A stretch of 64,000 bases of DNA from Candidatus Anammoxibacter sp. GTDB taxonomy: Bacteria; Planctomycetota; Brocadiia; Brocadiales; Anammoxibacteraceae. Within the stretch, counting starts at the first letter, position 1. Every line of letters starts with the position of its first letter. The stretch covers positions 49,067 through 113,066 of the forward strand of contig JAIQZQ010000001.1 of assembly GCA_021777105.1 (NCBI GenBank), given 5' to 3'. The translations under genes and the position numbers were made by a program. Shown here one piece after another: positions 44,166 through 53,680 of this stretch. Under the pieces are notes generated by a model. It did not search any database, had not been told where the DNA came from, and saw nothing but the letters and a program-made list of their open reading frames with translations.

Positions 44166-45302
44166 TTATTTCCCCGCGCGGCTTGCCGCAAGCAGGTTTT
44201 TCGCGATATCGCGCTCTTTTTGCGCCTCTTCCTCCATGCCAAGCTTGCCGTATACGCTGGAGAGTCCCCTGTGCGCGCTTAAATAATCGTACTTCAATGC
44301 AATCGCTTTCTTTAACTCAACAACCGCTTCTTCAAGCTTGTTTTGGGTGTAGTAAATATAACCAATGTTGTTGTGCGCTTCGGCAAGCTTTGGGTCTATC
44401 TCCACCGCTTTTTTGTATTCTTCAACAGCTTTTTGGTTGTCCTGCATCCGCAAATATATATTGCCCAGATTTATATGAGGGCCGGCGGATTTGGGGTTGA
44501 CCTTGATAGCTTCGTTAAACGCATTAACAGCCTCGTTAAGTTTGCCGGCCCTGTCATACACAACGCCAAGCATATTTCTGGCTTCCATAAGATTTGGGTC
44601 AAGCTCTATCGCTTTTTGAAACGACTTGACCGCATTGTCGAGGTCCTTTTTCTGGAAATAGATATACCCCAGGTTAAAATGCGGCTTGACTTGCGCCGGG
44701 TCGTTTTTAATCTCAAGATTGTTTTCCGCAATTGCGTCGTCAAGTCTGCCGGTGTTCCAGTAAACAACGCCAAGCATTGTGTGGACGCCGGGCAGTTTAT
44801 CGTTAGCCTTTATAGCCAATTTAAACTCCTCAATTGCTTTGGGGAAGTCCTGTGCTTTGTAATAGATGTTGCCGAGGCTCATGTGCGGCTCAGCAGCGTC
44901 TGCCTGAATCCTTAAGGCTGCCTGGTGCTCCTTTTTCGCCTGTTCCGGCATGTTGTATTTCTCGTAAATATTTCCCAGCATTGTGTACGCCTCAATCCAA
45001 TCCGGGTTTAACTGCAACGCTTTTTTGAAATAGCTTATAGCCATATCCTTGTTGTTCTGCTCATTATAAATATACCCAAGGTTAAAAATCGACGCTCCAT
45101 GTGAAGGGTCAAGCTTGATTGCCGCCTCATACTCTTCGATGGCTCTGGTTGTGTCGCCTTTTTTCCAGTACGTGACGCCGTTGTTGTACCGGTCGACCGC
45201 TTTGGACTCGTTGTCCTTGTCAGGTTCAGAGTATCCATTAACCGCAAACGCGGATAAAGCCGCAAAAAATAAGATAAACAATACATAAGATGCTCTTTTC
45301 AT
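44166..45302 (-). CDS. TPR-repeat protein with a signal peptide
   Basis: N-terminal MKRASYVLFILFFAALSAFA, then about 9 tandem 34-aa TPR units (A..Y..A....P....A...LG..Y). Confidence 0.85.
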   Translation of the reverse strand: MKRASYVLFILFFAALSAFAVNGYSEPDKDNESKAVDRYNNGVTYWKKGDTTRAIEEYEAAIKLDPSHGASIFNLGYIYNEQNNKDMAISYFKKALQLNPDWIEAYTMLGNIYEKYNMPEQAKKEHQAALRIQADAAEPHMSLGNIYYKAQDFPKAIEEFKLAIKANDKLPGVHTMLGVVYWNTGRLDDAIAENNLEIKNDPAQVKPHFNLGYIYFQKKDLDNAVKSFQKAIELDPNLMEARNMLGVVYDRAGKLNEAVNAFNEAIKVNPKSAGPHINLGNIYLRMQDNQKAVEEYKKAVEIDPKLAEAHNNIGYIYYTQNKLEEAVVELKKAIALKYDYLSAHRGLSSVYGKLGMEEEAQKERDIAKNLLAASRAGK

Positions 45303-45339
45303 TTAAATATGTTCCTTTCTATAAAGTAATTTTTACCTA

Positions 45340-45539
45340 AATTGAACGATTATTATCACCCTCCCCTGCCCCCTCCCATCAAGGGAGGGGAAATAAACGG
45401 TATATATTTATTTCAATACATCGCCCATTAGGTAAAATTTTTTAAGTTTGAGATTAAAATCAGAACAAGTTTAAAAAGCCAAATTCCCCTCCACTTAGTG
45501 GGAGGGGTCAGGGGAGGGGGTATTTAAACTCGCTCAATT
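45340..45539. repeat. Inverted pair of the G/C-tract repeat family
   Basis: 45340-45408 is aattgaacgattattatcaccctcccctgccccctcccatcaagggaggggaaataaacggtatat. 45484-45539 is ttcccctccacttagtgggaggggtcaggggagggggtatttaaactcgctcaatt, in opposite orientation. Confidence 0.6.
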
Positions 45540-45562
45540 TTGGTTCTAAGTAAGCCTTTATA

Positions 45563-48500
45563 CTATCTGGTAAGCAGATCAAATATTGAGATAAAGACTA
45601 ATTTGCTGAGATTCGTTATCTTTTCAGCGTTAACATTTTCAATTGTGTCGTTAATATTATGAAGCTCTCTATAATTGCTGGAGAATAGGTCTACGGCAGG
45701 TATGCCTTTCATGTGAAACGGGTAGTGGTCGCTGCCGTATTTAAAGGCGTATTTGTCGATGTTGTCCCCTTCAACCAATCCTAATTCGGCTGAATATTTA
45801 TTGACAAGATTGGCTATCGGCGGGTAAACCGAGCCTCCGATAAGCCAATATTTTGAAGTGTCGCCCCTTCCAATGGAGTCTATATTAAACATCGCGATAA
45901 TCTTTTCAGTGGAGGAGAGCTTGCGGGTGTCCACAAAAGCCTGCGATCCTATTAATCCCCACTCTTCAGCGCCGAACGCCACAAACAAAACCGTGCGTTT
46001 CAAACGATCCCTTACTTCGTACAGAGCGTTTGCGACTTCGAGCATGGCTGCCACGCCCGATGCGTTGTCATCCGCGCCGTTAAAGATGTTGCCTTTTTCG
46101 TCCATGCCAAGGTGATCGTAATGGGCGCCGATAACAACCATCTCGTACTTTTTCACGGGATCATTGCCTTTCAGGACGGCTATAATGTTGTTTGTTTCAA
46201 CCGTTGAGATTTTATACTCTATAGCCATATTCGCCGTTAATCCTTTTAGATACTTGCCGGCCGGAACTTTTTTCTTCTCTATCTTCTTTTTTATTTTTGA
46301 TAATTGTAGCCTTTTTTCAACTTTCTCGTAATCAGGGCCGCCCTCAATAATTAGCGCAACAGGTATTTCAATGTAAAAGCCGGGTTTTTTGCATCTTGAA
46401 ACCGCGCCGGACACCTCCATCTCTAGTGAAGAGAACGAGCCTTTATCTTTCTTGCGTTTGATTTTCTCCGCTATTGAATCAGGCACCCTTGACATATATG
46501 TAAGGTATGGGGCGTATTTCTTCGCCTGCTCTTTGGTGGATATTATAAAGAGGGCTTTGGCGCCTAATTTTTGGGCCTTATTAATCTTATTAAACAACAA
46601 CTCGATTTCGTCGCCGCCGCCGTCTTTGTTAAGGAAATCCGGCTCGCCGTCAAATATTGCCACTGTCTTGTCTTTAATTGCGTCCTCAACTCCTTTATAA
46701 TCGTCATATGTTTCGCCTGATATGCCGTATCCGGCCATAAAGACCTCGGATGAGTACTTTCCGGCGGGCGAAAAATTAAACGGGACGGCTATTGCGCCGG
46801 CGTTTACAGACTTATTTTTGTTTTTAAATTCACATGTGAAATTTTTTAAATCCGTTAACACGATATTTACTTCCTGCTCATATTTGTTTGAGCCGGTGAC
46901 GATAGCCGGTGGTATGTTATATTTTGCAAATTTGCGCTTTATGTACGTTCTGGCTAAAAGATCGCCGTTTGAGCCCGCGTATCTTCCCTCAAACATATCG
47001 GAAGCGAGGTATTTTAAATGATGGCTTATATTCTCGGTTCTGATCGGCAACGTAAGCGAATCGACAAAATTGATATTGGTGTAAAGGTGCTTGTTTTTAA
47101 AGTAGCCTCTTTTAACAGGTCTGCCGTTCTTAAAAACAACATACCCGTTCCAGCCGTAAAAAAAGATGTATCGCGCCCGGGAAACAGCCTCCGGTGAAAG
47201 GCCGAAATATGTGGTTACGTAACGCGAATCGTTAAACGGATTTCGCACTGTAAAAAGCGCGGAATATTCAGGCCCTTTAAACTCCTCTCCGTTGAATGAA
47301 AAGAAACCGTCCCCCAGCACGATGTTGCCGGGCAGCAGATCGTAAAACTGTTTGCAGAGAGGGTTGTTCATCGCGCCTCCTGCTATAAAAAGAGAGCTTT
47401 CCAACATCTCTTCCGTAACTTCAGAGTCGGATACTGATTTGCCGCCGGTTCTCTGAGAGGCGGAGTTTGCCAGCCCCTGGTAAATCTTCTTTTCCGCTTC
47501 GGTTCCTTTTTCGGGGTATATATAATATTTGCTGTCGTCTTCAAGGACGGCGTTCAGGCAGGGCGAAATGTCGACATTAGGCAGCCGCCTGAACAGGTGG
47601 TATTCAGGATCGATATTTATAGAGAGCGGCAGCTCGCTTACGCCGATCTGCAACTGTTTTATCTTTTCATTGGTTTTAAATTCGATAACCTTCTCTCTGC
47701 TTCCAAAGTTTATATGCACGGGAAGGGCAAGGTTGTATACGCGGCCAATCTGAATAACGTCGCCTTTAATTATGTATCCTTTATCCGCCGGCGCAAAAGC
47801 CACGTTTGAGAGCAGCAGTTCCGGCGCGCCGGAAGCCTCAACCCATTGCGTGAAAAACCAGCCAAGCTCTGTTTCAGAAACATCCTCAAACACCGCCTGC
47901 AAGTCTGCCCACTCCGCAAACTTTCCGCCAAATCTTTTAACAAGCTCTTTTAAACCTTTAAAAAATTTGTCGTCCCCAATAGTTTGCCTCAACTGATGAA
48001 AGACCATTGATCCCTTGGTGTATCCAATCTCGTTGTCATAAGGGGCGGTTTTGGTGACAAACTTTTTAAGCGGATAATCCTTGTTTTTTGGAACCCTTAT
48101 GCTGTACTTAAGCGACGCGTTTTCCCTGTGTTCAAGGGCCTCATTGTGGCCCAGCATCAACTCCTTGTAATAATAGTTTGCGCAATATGTTGTTAAGGCC
48201 TCAACCCAGTTTCCTTTAATAGCGTCGTTAAACACATAATTGCCGAACCACGAATGCACAATCTCATGGTCAAGGTAACCGGGATGCAACGATCCTTTGC
48301 CGCGTTTAATAACATAGTTGCCAAGCAGCGTGTACGACGGCATTCCATAACCGGTTGAGAAGAAGTTCTCAACCACATCGAACTTTTTATAGGGATATTT
48401 GCCCAGAAGGTCGGAATATATCTTTAAATACTCCTCGGCTGCGTCAAGAAACAGGCCGGACATTGACGCATCTTCCGCAAAAAAGTAAGACGACACCTTT

Positions 48501-49228
48501 ATGCCGTCCACCGTTCTTGTGTTTATAACATATTTACCGCCAACCAGGGCAAGCCCGTCCGCCGGAACATGAGATTTCCATACGCTTATTGACTGCCCCG
48601 CCTCAACCTTGCGCTCCAGCAACTCGCCTTGCGTCACTATCCGGAATGGGTCTGCGATAGAGGCCCTGATGTTAAACATGGAAAGTTCGTTTGAAATCAC
48701 AGGATACCAGTGCGTGCTTGCGGCCAGGTAAACACCTTTTTCAGAGATTAGACCGGCGGTTACATCTCCCCGCAAATGGCCCAATTCCTGCGCCGTTATA
48801 ACCGGATCGTAAATCTCGCCCTCGTATTCCACCTCAATAGTCAACTCATCGCCTACGTTGTCCGGCAAGCCGGCTGTTATCTTTTGGATATTGTGAAACG
48901 CGTTGGCCTGTTCCCACACAACAGGATTTTCATCGCCCTGAATGCGCAGGCTTTTTACCTTAAGGTTTTTATTGAGCATAAACGCAACTTGCTTAATGCC
49001 CTTTTTGGTCAGTTTAACACTAAGCCTGTCAACAGCGGATATTGAGTGACCAGCCACATCCAGCTTTACATCAAGATCGTGGGCGCTTATTTGATAGCCG
49101 CGCTCATTCGCCTCCACTGCGGCGTCATCCGCGCCGGCAAACCGCGCCCCGGCCCCAAATGCTAAAAACAGGGTCAAACAAAACAACGCCACAAAATTTA
49201 CAACAGATAGTGATTTGCCTCTATTCAC
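45563..49228 (-). CDS. Exported fusion of an M1-family metallopeptidase and an M28-family (PA-domain) aminopeptidase, 1221 aa
   Basis: M1: HEIVHSWFGNYVFNDAIKGNWVE (HExxH-x18-E). M28: IGAHYDHLG, NGADDNASGVAAMLE, FGAEEWGLIGS, FNIDSIG, SDHYPF. N-terminal signal-like segment. Confidence 0.8.
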   Translation of the reverse strand: MNRGKSLSVVNFVALFCLTLFLAFGAGARFAGADDAAVEANERGYQISAHDLDVKLDVAGHSISAVDRLSVKLTKKGIKQVAFMLNKNLKVKSLRIQGDENPVVWEQANAFHNIQKITAGLPDNVGDELTIEVEYEGEIYDPVITAQELGHLRGDVTAGLISEKGVYLAASTHWYPVISNELSMFNIRASIADPFRIVTQGELLERKVEAGQSISVWKSHVPADGLALVGGKYVINTRTVDGIKVSSYFFAEDASMSGLFLDAAEEYLKIYSDLLGKYPYKKFDVVENFFSTGYGMPSYTLLGNYVIKRGKGSLHPGYLDHEIVHSWFGNYVFNDAIKGNWVEALTTYCANYYYKELMLGHNEALEHRENASLKYSIRVPKNKDYPLKKFVTKTAPYDNEIGYTKGSMVFHQLRQTIGDDKFFKGLKELVKRFGGKFAEWADLQAVFEDVSETELGWFFTQWVEASGAPELLLSNVAFAPADKGYIIKGDVIQIGRVYNLALPVHINFGSREKVIEFKTNEKIKQLQIGVSELPLSINIDPEYHLFRRLPNVDISPCLNAVLEDDSKYYIYPEKGTEAEKKIYQGLANSASQRTGGKSVSDSEVTEEMLESSLFIAGGAMNNPLCKQFYDLLPGNIVLGDGFFSFNGEEFKGPEYSALFTVRNPFNDSRYVTTYFGLSPEAVSRARYIFFYGWNGYVVFKNGRPVKRGYFKNKHLYTNINFVDSLTLPIRTENISHHLKYLASDMFEGRYAGSNGDLLARTYIKRKFAKYNIPPAIVTGSNKYEQEVNIVLTDLKNFTCEFKNKNKSVNAGAIAVPFNFSPAGKYSSEVFMAGYGISGETYDDYKGVEDAIKDKTVAIFDGEPDFLNKDGGGDEIELLFNKINKAQKLGAKALFIISTKEQAKKYAPYLTYMSRVPDSIAEKIKRKKDKGSFSSLEMEVSGAVSRCKKPGFYIEIPVALIIEGGPDYEKVEKRLQLSKIKKKIEKKKVPAGKYLKGLTANMAIEYKISTVETNNIIAVLKGNDPVKKYEMVVIGAHYDHLGMDEKGNIFNGADDNASGVAAMLEVANALYEVRDRLKRTVLFVAFGAEEWGLIGSQAFVDTRKLSSTEKIIAMFNIDSIGRGDTSKYWLIGGSVYPPIANLVNKYSAELGLVEGDNIDKYAFKYGSDHYPFHMKGIPAVDLFSSNYRELHNINDTIENVNAEKITNLSKLVFISIFDLLTR

Positions 49229-49303
49229 AACATTTCCCTCCTATTTTTTTTCTTTATCCTTAATTAAATAAAACGTCGAGACAGGTTTAATCCTGCCTCT
49301 AAA

Positions 49304-49858
49304 TCATTTCCACTTAATATTGCAGCCCGCGCTGGGTCTTTGTTCCGCCTGCGCGGGTTTGCCGTCCAATATCAGATCCAACGCGGTTCGCATATCCCTG
49401 CCTGTTACCGGAACTTTATTACCCGGACGCGAATCGTCTAGTTGGCCGCGATACGCCAATTTTAAATCCTTGTCAAATATGTAAAAATCAGGCGTGCAAG
49501 CCGCGTTGTACAATTTTGCGGTCTCCTGCGTCTCGTCAAACAGATATGGGAACGTGTAACCCGCATCCTCAGCCTCTATCTTCATCTTGTCAGGAGAATC
49601 GTCAGGATAGTTCTCAACATCATTTGAATTTATGGCTATAAACGACGCGCCTTTTGACTGATAATCTTTAGCAAGCTCTGTAAGCCCGGCTTGAACGTGC
49701 TTAACATAAGGGCAGTGGTTGCATATAAACATAATTACAGTGGCTTTATCCGACTTTAGCGTTTCAATGCTAAGCATATTGCCTGAAACAACGTCGCGCA
49801 ACGTAAAATCGGGCGCAACTGTGCCCAATGGAACCATATTTGAAGGCGTCAACGACAT
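49304..49858 (-). CDS. Thioredoxin-fold (AhpC/TSA-like) protein
   Basis: FTLRDV..G...S......ATVIMFICNHCPYVKH..., about 184 aa, typical of the thioredoxin-family protein group with a CxxC-like CNHC motif. Confidence 0.7.
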   Translation of the reverse strand: MSLTPSNMVPLGTVAPDFTLRDVVSGNMLSIETLKSDKATVIMFICNHCPYVKHVQAGLTELAKDYQSKGASFIAINSNDVENYPDDSPDKMKIEAEDAGYTFPYLFDETQETAKLYNAACTPDFYIFDKDLKLAYRGQLDDSRPGNKVPVTGRDMRTALDLILDGKPAQAEQRPSAGCNIKWK

Positions 49859-49936
49859 AACATAACTCCTCTGTTAACACGCCGCTTTAAGGTTTTAAGC
49901 GGCTTTTTCATATTTAAAAACAGGCATTAAAGCCCT

Positions 49937-50119
49937 AAGGAACACGGAAGAAATTAAACGCCCCATCTCACATCAGTCTTCATGCAATATTTGCTCGATT
50001 TTCAATCGCCGAATCCTCAACGCAGCTTAGGCTGCGCTTCCGGTTCAGCTCAATCAGATCGGTCAAATCCCGCCTAAATCTGAACGCGATTTTGGACATT
50101 TAATTGCTTCCACGTCCTT
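49937..50119. repeat. ~180-bp element bounded by imperfect inverted repeats (MITE-like)
   Basis: Left arm aaggaacacggaagaaattaaacgcccca... (49937-49976). Right arm aaatctgaacgcgattttggacatttaattgcttccacgtcctt (50076-50119), about 70% complementary. Internal hairpin cgcagc-ttag-gctgcg. Confidence 0.5.
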
Positions 50120-50491
50120 TATTGCAAATTTATTATTTTTAAAGTTTAGCGAATAAGGGAAAATAAGTCAAAACGTTATTATTTACATTAAAAAAGCATT
50201 AAAAAAGCATTTGAAATTCATTGACATTGAAAGGCCAATAATTGATAATAACCCGTTTATTAAATCGTGACAATGTTCATTGCAATCAACAATTTTTACA
50301 TAAATTTGAAGTAACTATTTAGCGTGTTTCCACTTGGCGACTATACACAACCCTAAATCCCCTCTTATTAGAGGGGGACTTTGTGGAAATAAATCCTATT
50401 TAATATCCCCTCTAAAAAGAGGGGTGACCGCTTGGCGGACGGGGTGTGTAAATCACGCTGAACAGATACAATTTGAAAGGATAAACCCTGC

Positions 50492-52108
50492 ATGGCTAAA
50501 AAGAATGACAAACCTGATGAGCAGGCGACCGTTGCTAAAAAAGGCAAAGAGAAAAAACCGAAAAACAAGGTGCGCGAGAATATCGAGTCGATATTAATCG
50601 CCGTGGCCCTGGCCTTTTCCATACGCTACTTTGTTGTAGAAGCGTTTAAAATACCCACGGGCTCAATGGCCCCAACTTTGCTCGGCGCCCACAAAAACAT
50701 ATTGTGCCCCAATTGCGATTGGGAATTTGAGTCGGATATTAACAGCAATCGGGCAATGTGCTCAAATTGCCTCTATGAGATAGATATTTCCAGGTATTGC
50801 AAAACATGCTCCAATCATTTAAAGTTCGGCAAACCGGAATTTCTGCGCAAAAGCGGCGGCTGCCCGCAATGCGGAACAAAACTGGAAAAACATGACGCCT
50901 CAAATCGCGTAAGGCACGGCGGCAACAGGATTGCCGTAAGCAAGCTTTCGTATAAATTCGGCGATCCTAAAAGATGGGATGTTATCGTCTTCATCTACCC
51001 GGTGTATGACAGGGCTATCTGTAAAAGCTGCTCAACCGCGTACAAAGACGTCCGCCTGGATAACGGCTTTGCGTGCAAAAACTGCGGTTCAACGCGATTC
51101 AGTAAAAAGAAGAAGAACTATATTAAACGCCTGGTTGGCCTGCCTGGTGAAAAACTTGAGATTATTAACGGCGATATCTATATAAACGATAAAATACAAC
51201 AAAAACCGGACGATGCGCAAAATGCGTTGTGGAATCTGGTTTACAACAGCAATCTTCCGCCAAAAGAGGAAGTTGTGCCCACATGGCTTATTAAAGACGG
51301 CGGCTGGACAGCCAACAAGACTAATCTCATTTTGTCGCCTAGCGAATCCGCTGGAGATAAGATGTCATACATCAGGTTCGGCAGAAAGATAACTGACAAA
51401 AATCCATACAACACCGCCAATATCGCCTACGTTGAAACCGGCGATATGATGATAAAGTTTGACATTGAGGTCTCCGGCTCTACCGATAACGGCGGGACGG
51501 AAATAATTATTGAAGAAAACGACAAAATATTCACGGCCTTCCTGCCTGTGCAGGGCAATAAAAACGAAAACGCCGGTTTGACAATGTCCTCCAACAAGAC
51601 TACAACCAGAACCAGAGACATACTAAAGTCTATCTTTAAGGGCAAAAAAGGGGCAGGGAAAGATGGTGAAGACGGCATTGTTGCTGCTGAAAACAAGGAA
51701 TTCTATCTTGAAAGCGGCAAACGATACACGGTTAAATTCTCAAACGTGGACAATGTTGTAAAACTGTTCGTTAACGACGCTGAAATATTTAATTACTCAT
51801 ACGATCTGGACAAAGCGCCTCAACGAAATTTTAATCTTCACAGCGGATTAAGACTGGGAGGCAAAAACATAGACGCCGTGCTTGACAACATTGAGATCAA
51901 ACGCGACATTTACTACTCCAACCTCTCATCAGCCAAATTCGCCACAAAAGCCCCCACACAGCTTGGCGAAGAGGATTACTTTGTGCTCGGCGACAATTCC
52001 AGAAACAGCAACGACAGCAGAGTTTGGGGCTATGTTAACGAAGACGACCTCGTAGGCAAAGCCTTCTTCGTATGGTGGCCGGTAGACACCATAAAACTTA
52101 TTGATTAG
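50492..52108 (+). CDS. lepB: Signal peptidase I with zinc-ribbon-like insertions, 538 aa
   Basis: S26 boxes: IPTGSMAPTL (Ser), GNRIAVSK/WDVIVF, YIKRLVGLPGE (Lys), YFVLGDNSRNSNDSR. Inserted CxxC pairs: CPNC/CSNC, CKTC/CPQC, CKSC/CKNC. Confidence 0.85.
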   Translation: MAKKNDKPDEQATVAKKGKEKKPKNKVRENIESILIAVALAFSIRYFVVEAFKIPTGSMAPTLLGAHKNILCPNCDWEFESDINSNRAMCSNCLYEIDISRYCKTCSNHLKFGKPEFLRKSGGCPQCGTKLEKHDASNRVRHGGNRIAVSKLSYKFGDPKRWDVIVFIYPVYDRAICKSCSTAYKDVRLDNGFACKNCGSTRFSKKKKNYIKRLVGLPGEKLEIINGDIYINDKIQQKPDDAQNALWNLVYNSNLPPKEEVVPTWLIKDGGWTANKTNLILSPSESAGDKMSYIRFGRKITDKNPYNTANIAYVETGDMMIKFDIEVSGSTDNGGTEIIIEENDKIFTAFLPVQGNKNENAGLTMSSNKTTTRTRDILKSIFKGKKGAGKDGEDGIVAAENKEFYLESGKRYTVKFSNVDNVVKLFVNDAEIFNYSYDLDKAPQRNFNLHSGLRLGGKNIDAVLDNIEIKRDIYYSNLSSAKFATKAPTQLGEEDYFVLGDNSRNSNDSRVWGYVNEDDLVGKAFFVWWPVDTIKLID

Positions 52109-52128
52109 AAACCAAAAAAGTTTTGTAG

Positions 52129-52277
52129 GTTGGGTAGAGGTACGAAACCCAACATATATTTGCCGCGGGTGGGTTGTCGCAAAACCAAGCTTGTTACAAG
52201 GCTCCCGCCTTGTAACACACTGTTCCAAGAGGCTCAGCCTCTTACCTCTGTGTCGTAACCAAACTCCAGTTTGGAAC
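52129..52277. repeat. Cluster of REP-like hairpins downstream of lepB
   Basis: gttggg...cccaac (52129-52153), gttacaagg-ctcccg-ccttgtaac (52193-52216), aagaggc-tca-gcctctt (52227-52243), gtaaccaaa-ctccag-tttggaac (52255-52277). Confidence 0.6.
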
Positions 52278-52352
52278 CAGATAAATTTATTTACGCCATA
52301 AAAAACGTAAATCACGCCTGAATTGAGGGCTTTTAAAATCCATATAAATAGT

Positions 52353-52406
52353 GGCACAAGCATCCTTGCCTGTGTTTCAATTGATCACAGGCAGGATGCC
52401 TGTGCC
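52353..52406. repeat. Inverted pair of the cacaggca..tgcctgtg hairpin repeat
   Basis: ggcacaagcatccttgcctgtg (52353-52374) and cacaggcaggatgcctgtgcc (52386-52406). Confidence 0.5.
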
Positions 52407-52446
52407 GTTAAAACAACCGCCATTTGTGGCCTGCGCAAAAATAACT

Positions 52447-52490
52447 AAATCTGAATGCGATTTGGGACATTTTATTTCTTCCACGTTCCT
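52447..52490 (+). repeat. Solo copy of the right arm of the 49937-50119 element, just upstream of cas6
   Basis: aaatctgaatgcgatttgggacattttatttcttccacgttcct versus 50077-50119, about 38/43 identical. Confidence 0.6.
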
Positions 52491-52529
52491 AAAGATAAAA
52501 ACATTATCCCCGGAAAGGATAATGTTGGA

Positions 52530-53495
52530 ATGGTTTTGAATATGCTTAAAAATTTCAGATTTGCAAAATTCAGGTTTATTTTAACGGCGGATGAAGATAT
52601 ATCGCTGCCGGCTTATAAAGGCGCTGTTTTAAGGGGCGGTTTTGGATATGTCTTTAAAAAAATGGTTTGCGCGCAACAGTTTGCCGATTCCTGCTCAAAA
52701 TGCATGTTGCGCAACAATTGCGCCTATGCTTACATATTTGAGACGCCACTGCCGGCAGACGCCCAAAAGCTCCGCTCATATAACGCCATACCCCATCCGT
52801 TTGTAATTGAGCCGCCTAATGACACCGTGCGTATTGTGCGTAAAGGCTTTGACACTGAGTTTAATCTCGCGCTAATAGGCAATGCCGTCGATTATTTGCC
52901 ATATTTTGTCATTACTTTTATTGAACTCGGCAAAAAAGGGTTAGGGCGAAACAAGAGCAGGTATATTTTGAAAGATGTTCAAAGCCTGGATATGGCCGGC
53001 AAGGCCATATCCATATTTAACAGCGCATCCGGCGCTCTGGCCGGCGACTTTACCGTTTTAACCGGAGACATGTTTGAGTCCACGGATAAAGGGAGCGCTG
53101 ATGATCAGATCAGTCTGGAGTTTTTAACGCAATGCCGCATTAAATTTAACGAAAAATTTACCTGTAACATTGAATTTCATATCCTTATCAGAAACATGCT
53201 TCGCCGTTTGTCTACCCTTTCCCTATTCCATTGCGGCAATGAGCTTGAATACGATTATAAAGAGCTAATCGAAAAAGCAAACAGCGTTAAAACCATAAAG
53301 AATTCACTGCAATGGCGCGATTGGGAACGGTACTCAACCAGGCAAAAACAGAAAATGGCCCTTGGAGGCGCAATAGGAAGCATAACATACCAGGGCGATC
53401 TTGCCCCTTTTTTGACTCTCCTTAAATTAGGCGAATATATCCATGTAGGCAAAGGCACAAGTTTCGGCCTGGGAAAGTATGTTATTAATCAATAG
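52530..53495 (+). CDS. cas6: Cas6-family CRISPR endoribonuclease (RAMP)
   Basis: FRFILTADEDISLPAYKGAVLRGGFGYVFKKMVC...C.KC.L...CAYAYIFETP, plus the C-terminal glycine-rich loop HVGKGTSFGLGKY. Start moved to ATG 52530 (ggaaagga RBS) because 52455-52529 is repeat DNA. ATG 52542 is also possible. Confidence 0.75.
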   Translation: MVLNMLKNFRFAKFRFILTADEDISLPAYKGAVLRGGFGYVFKKMVCAQQFADSCSKCMLRNNCAYAYIFETPLPADAQKLRSYNAIPHPFVIEPPNDTVRIVRKGFDTEFNLALIGNAVDYLPYFVITFIELGKKGLGRNKSRYILKDVQSLDMAGKAISIFNSASGALAGDFTVLTGDMFESTDKGSADDQISLEFLTQCRIKFNEKFTCNIEFHILIRNMLRRLSTLSLFHCGNELEYDYKELIEKANSVKTIKNSLQWRDWERYSTRQKQKMALGGAIGSITYQGDLAPFLTLLKLGEYIHVGKGTSFGLGKYVINQ

Positions 53496-53680
53496 CTCCC
53501 TCTTTTAAAGCATCGTATAATGTATCCACTTATCCTGTAAAATCCCAATATATTAGAGTTCCCAAAAACCAGCGCAAATGGCGGATCAATCATGCTGGTT
53601 GATCCAAAATGACAAAAATATATTGCGTAGCCCCTAACCCGGATAACGGGAAAAATAAAAAGGTCGAACAATATTGAATC

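Noticed and set aside
44039-44915. ORFs 44039-44500, 44079-44282 and 44343-44915 on the plus strand
   Set aside because: They are antisense to the TPR-repeat gene. Their periodic composition is explained by the TPR coding repeats on the other strand.
52455-52529. N-terminal 25-aa extension of the cas6 ORF as called in the track
   Set aside because: This segment is the solo copy of the 50076-50119 repeat arm. A good RBS (ggaaagga) precedes ATG 52530, and Cas6 homology starts only after that.
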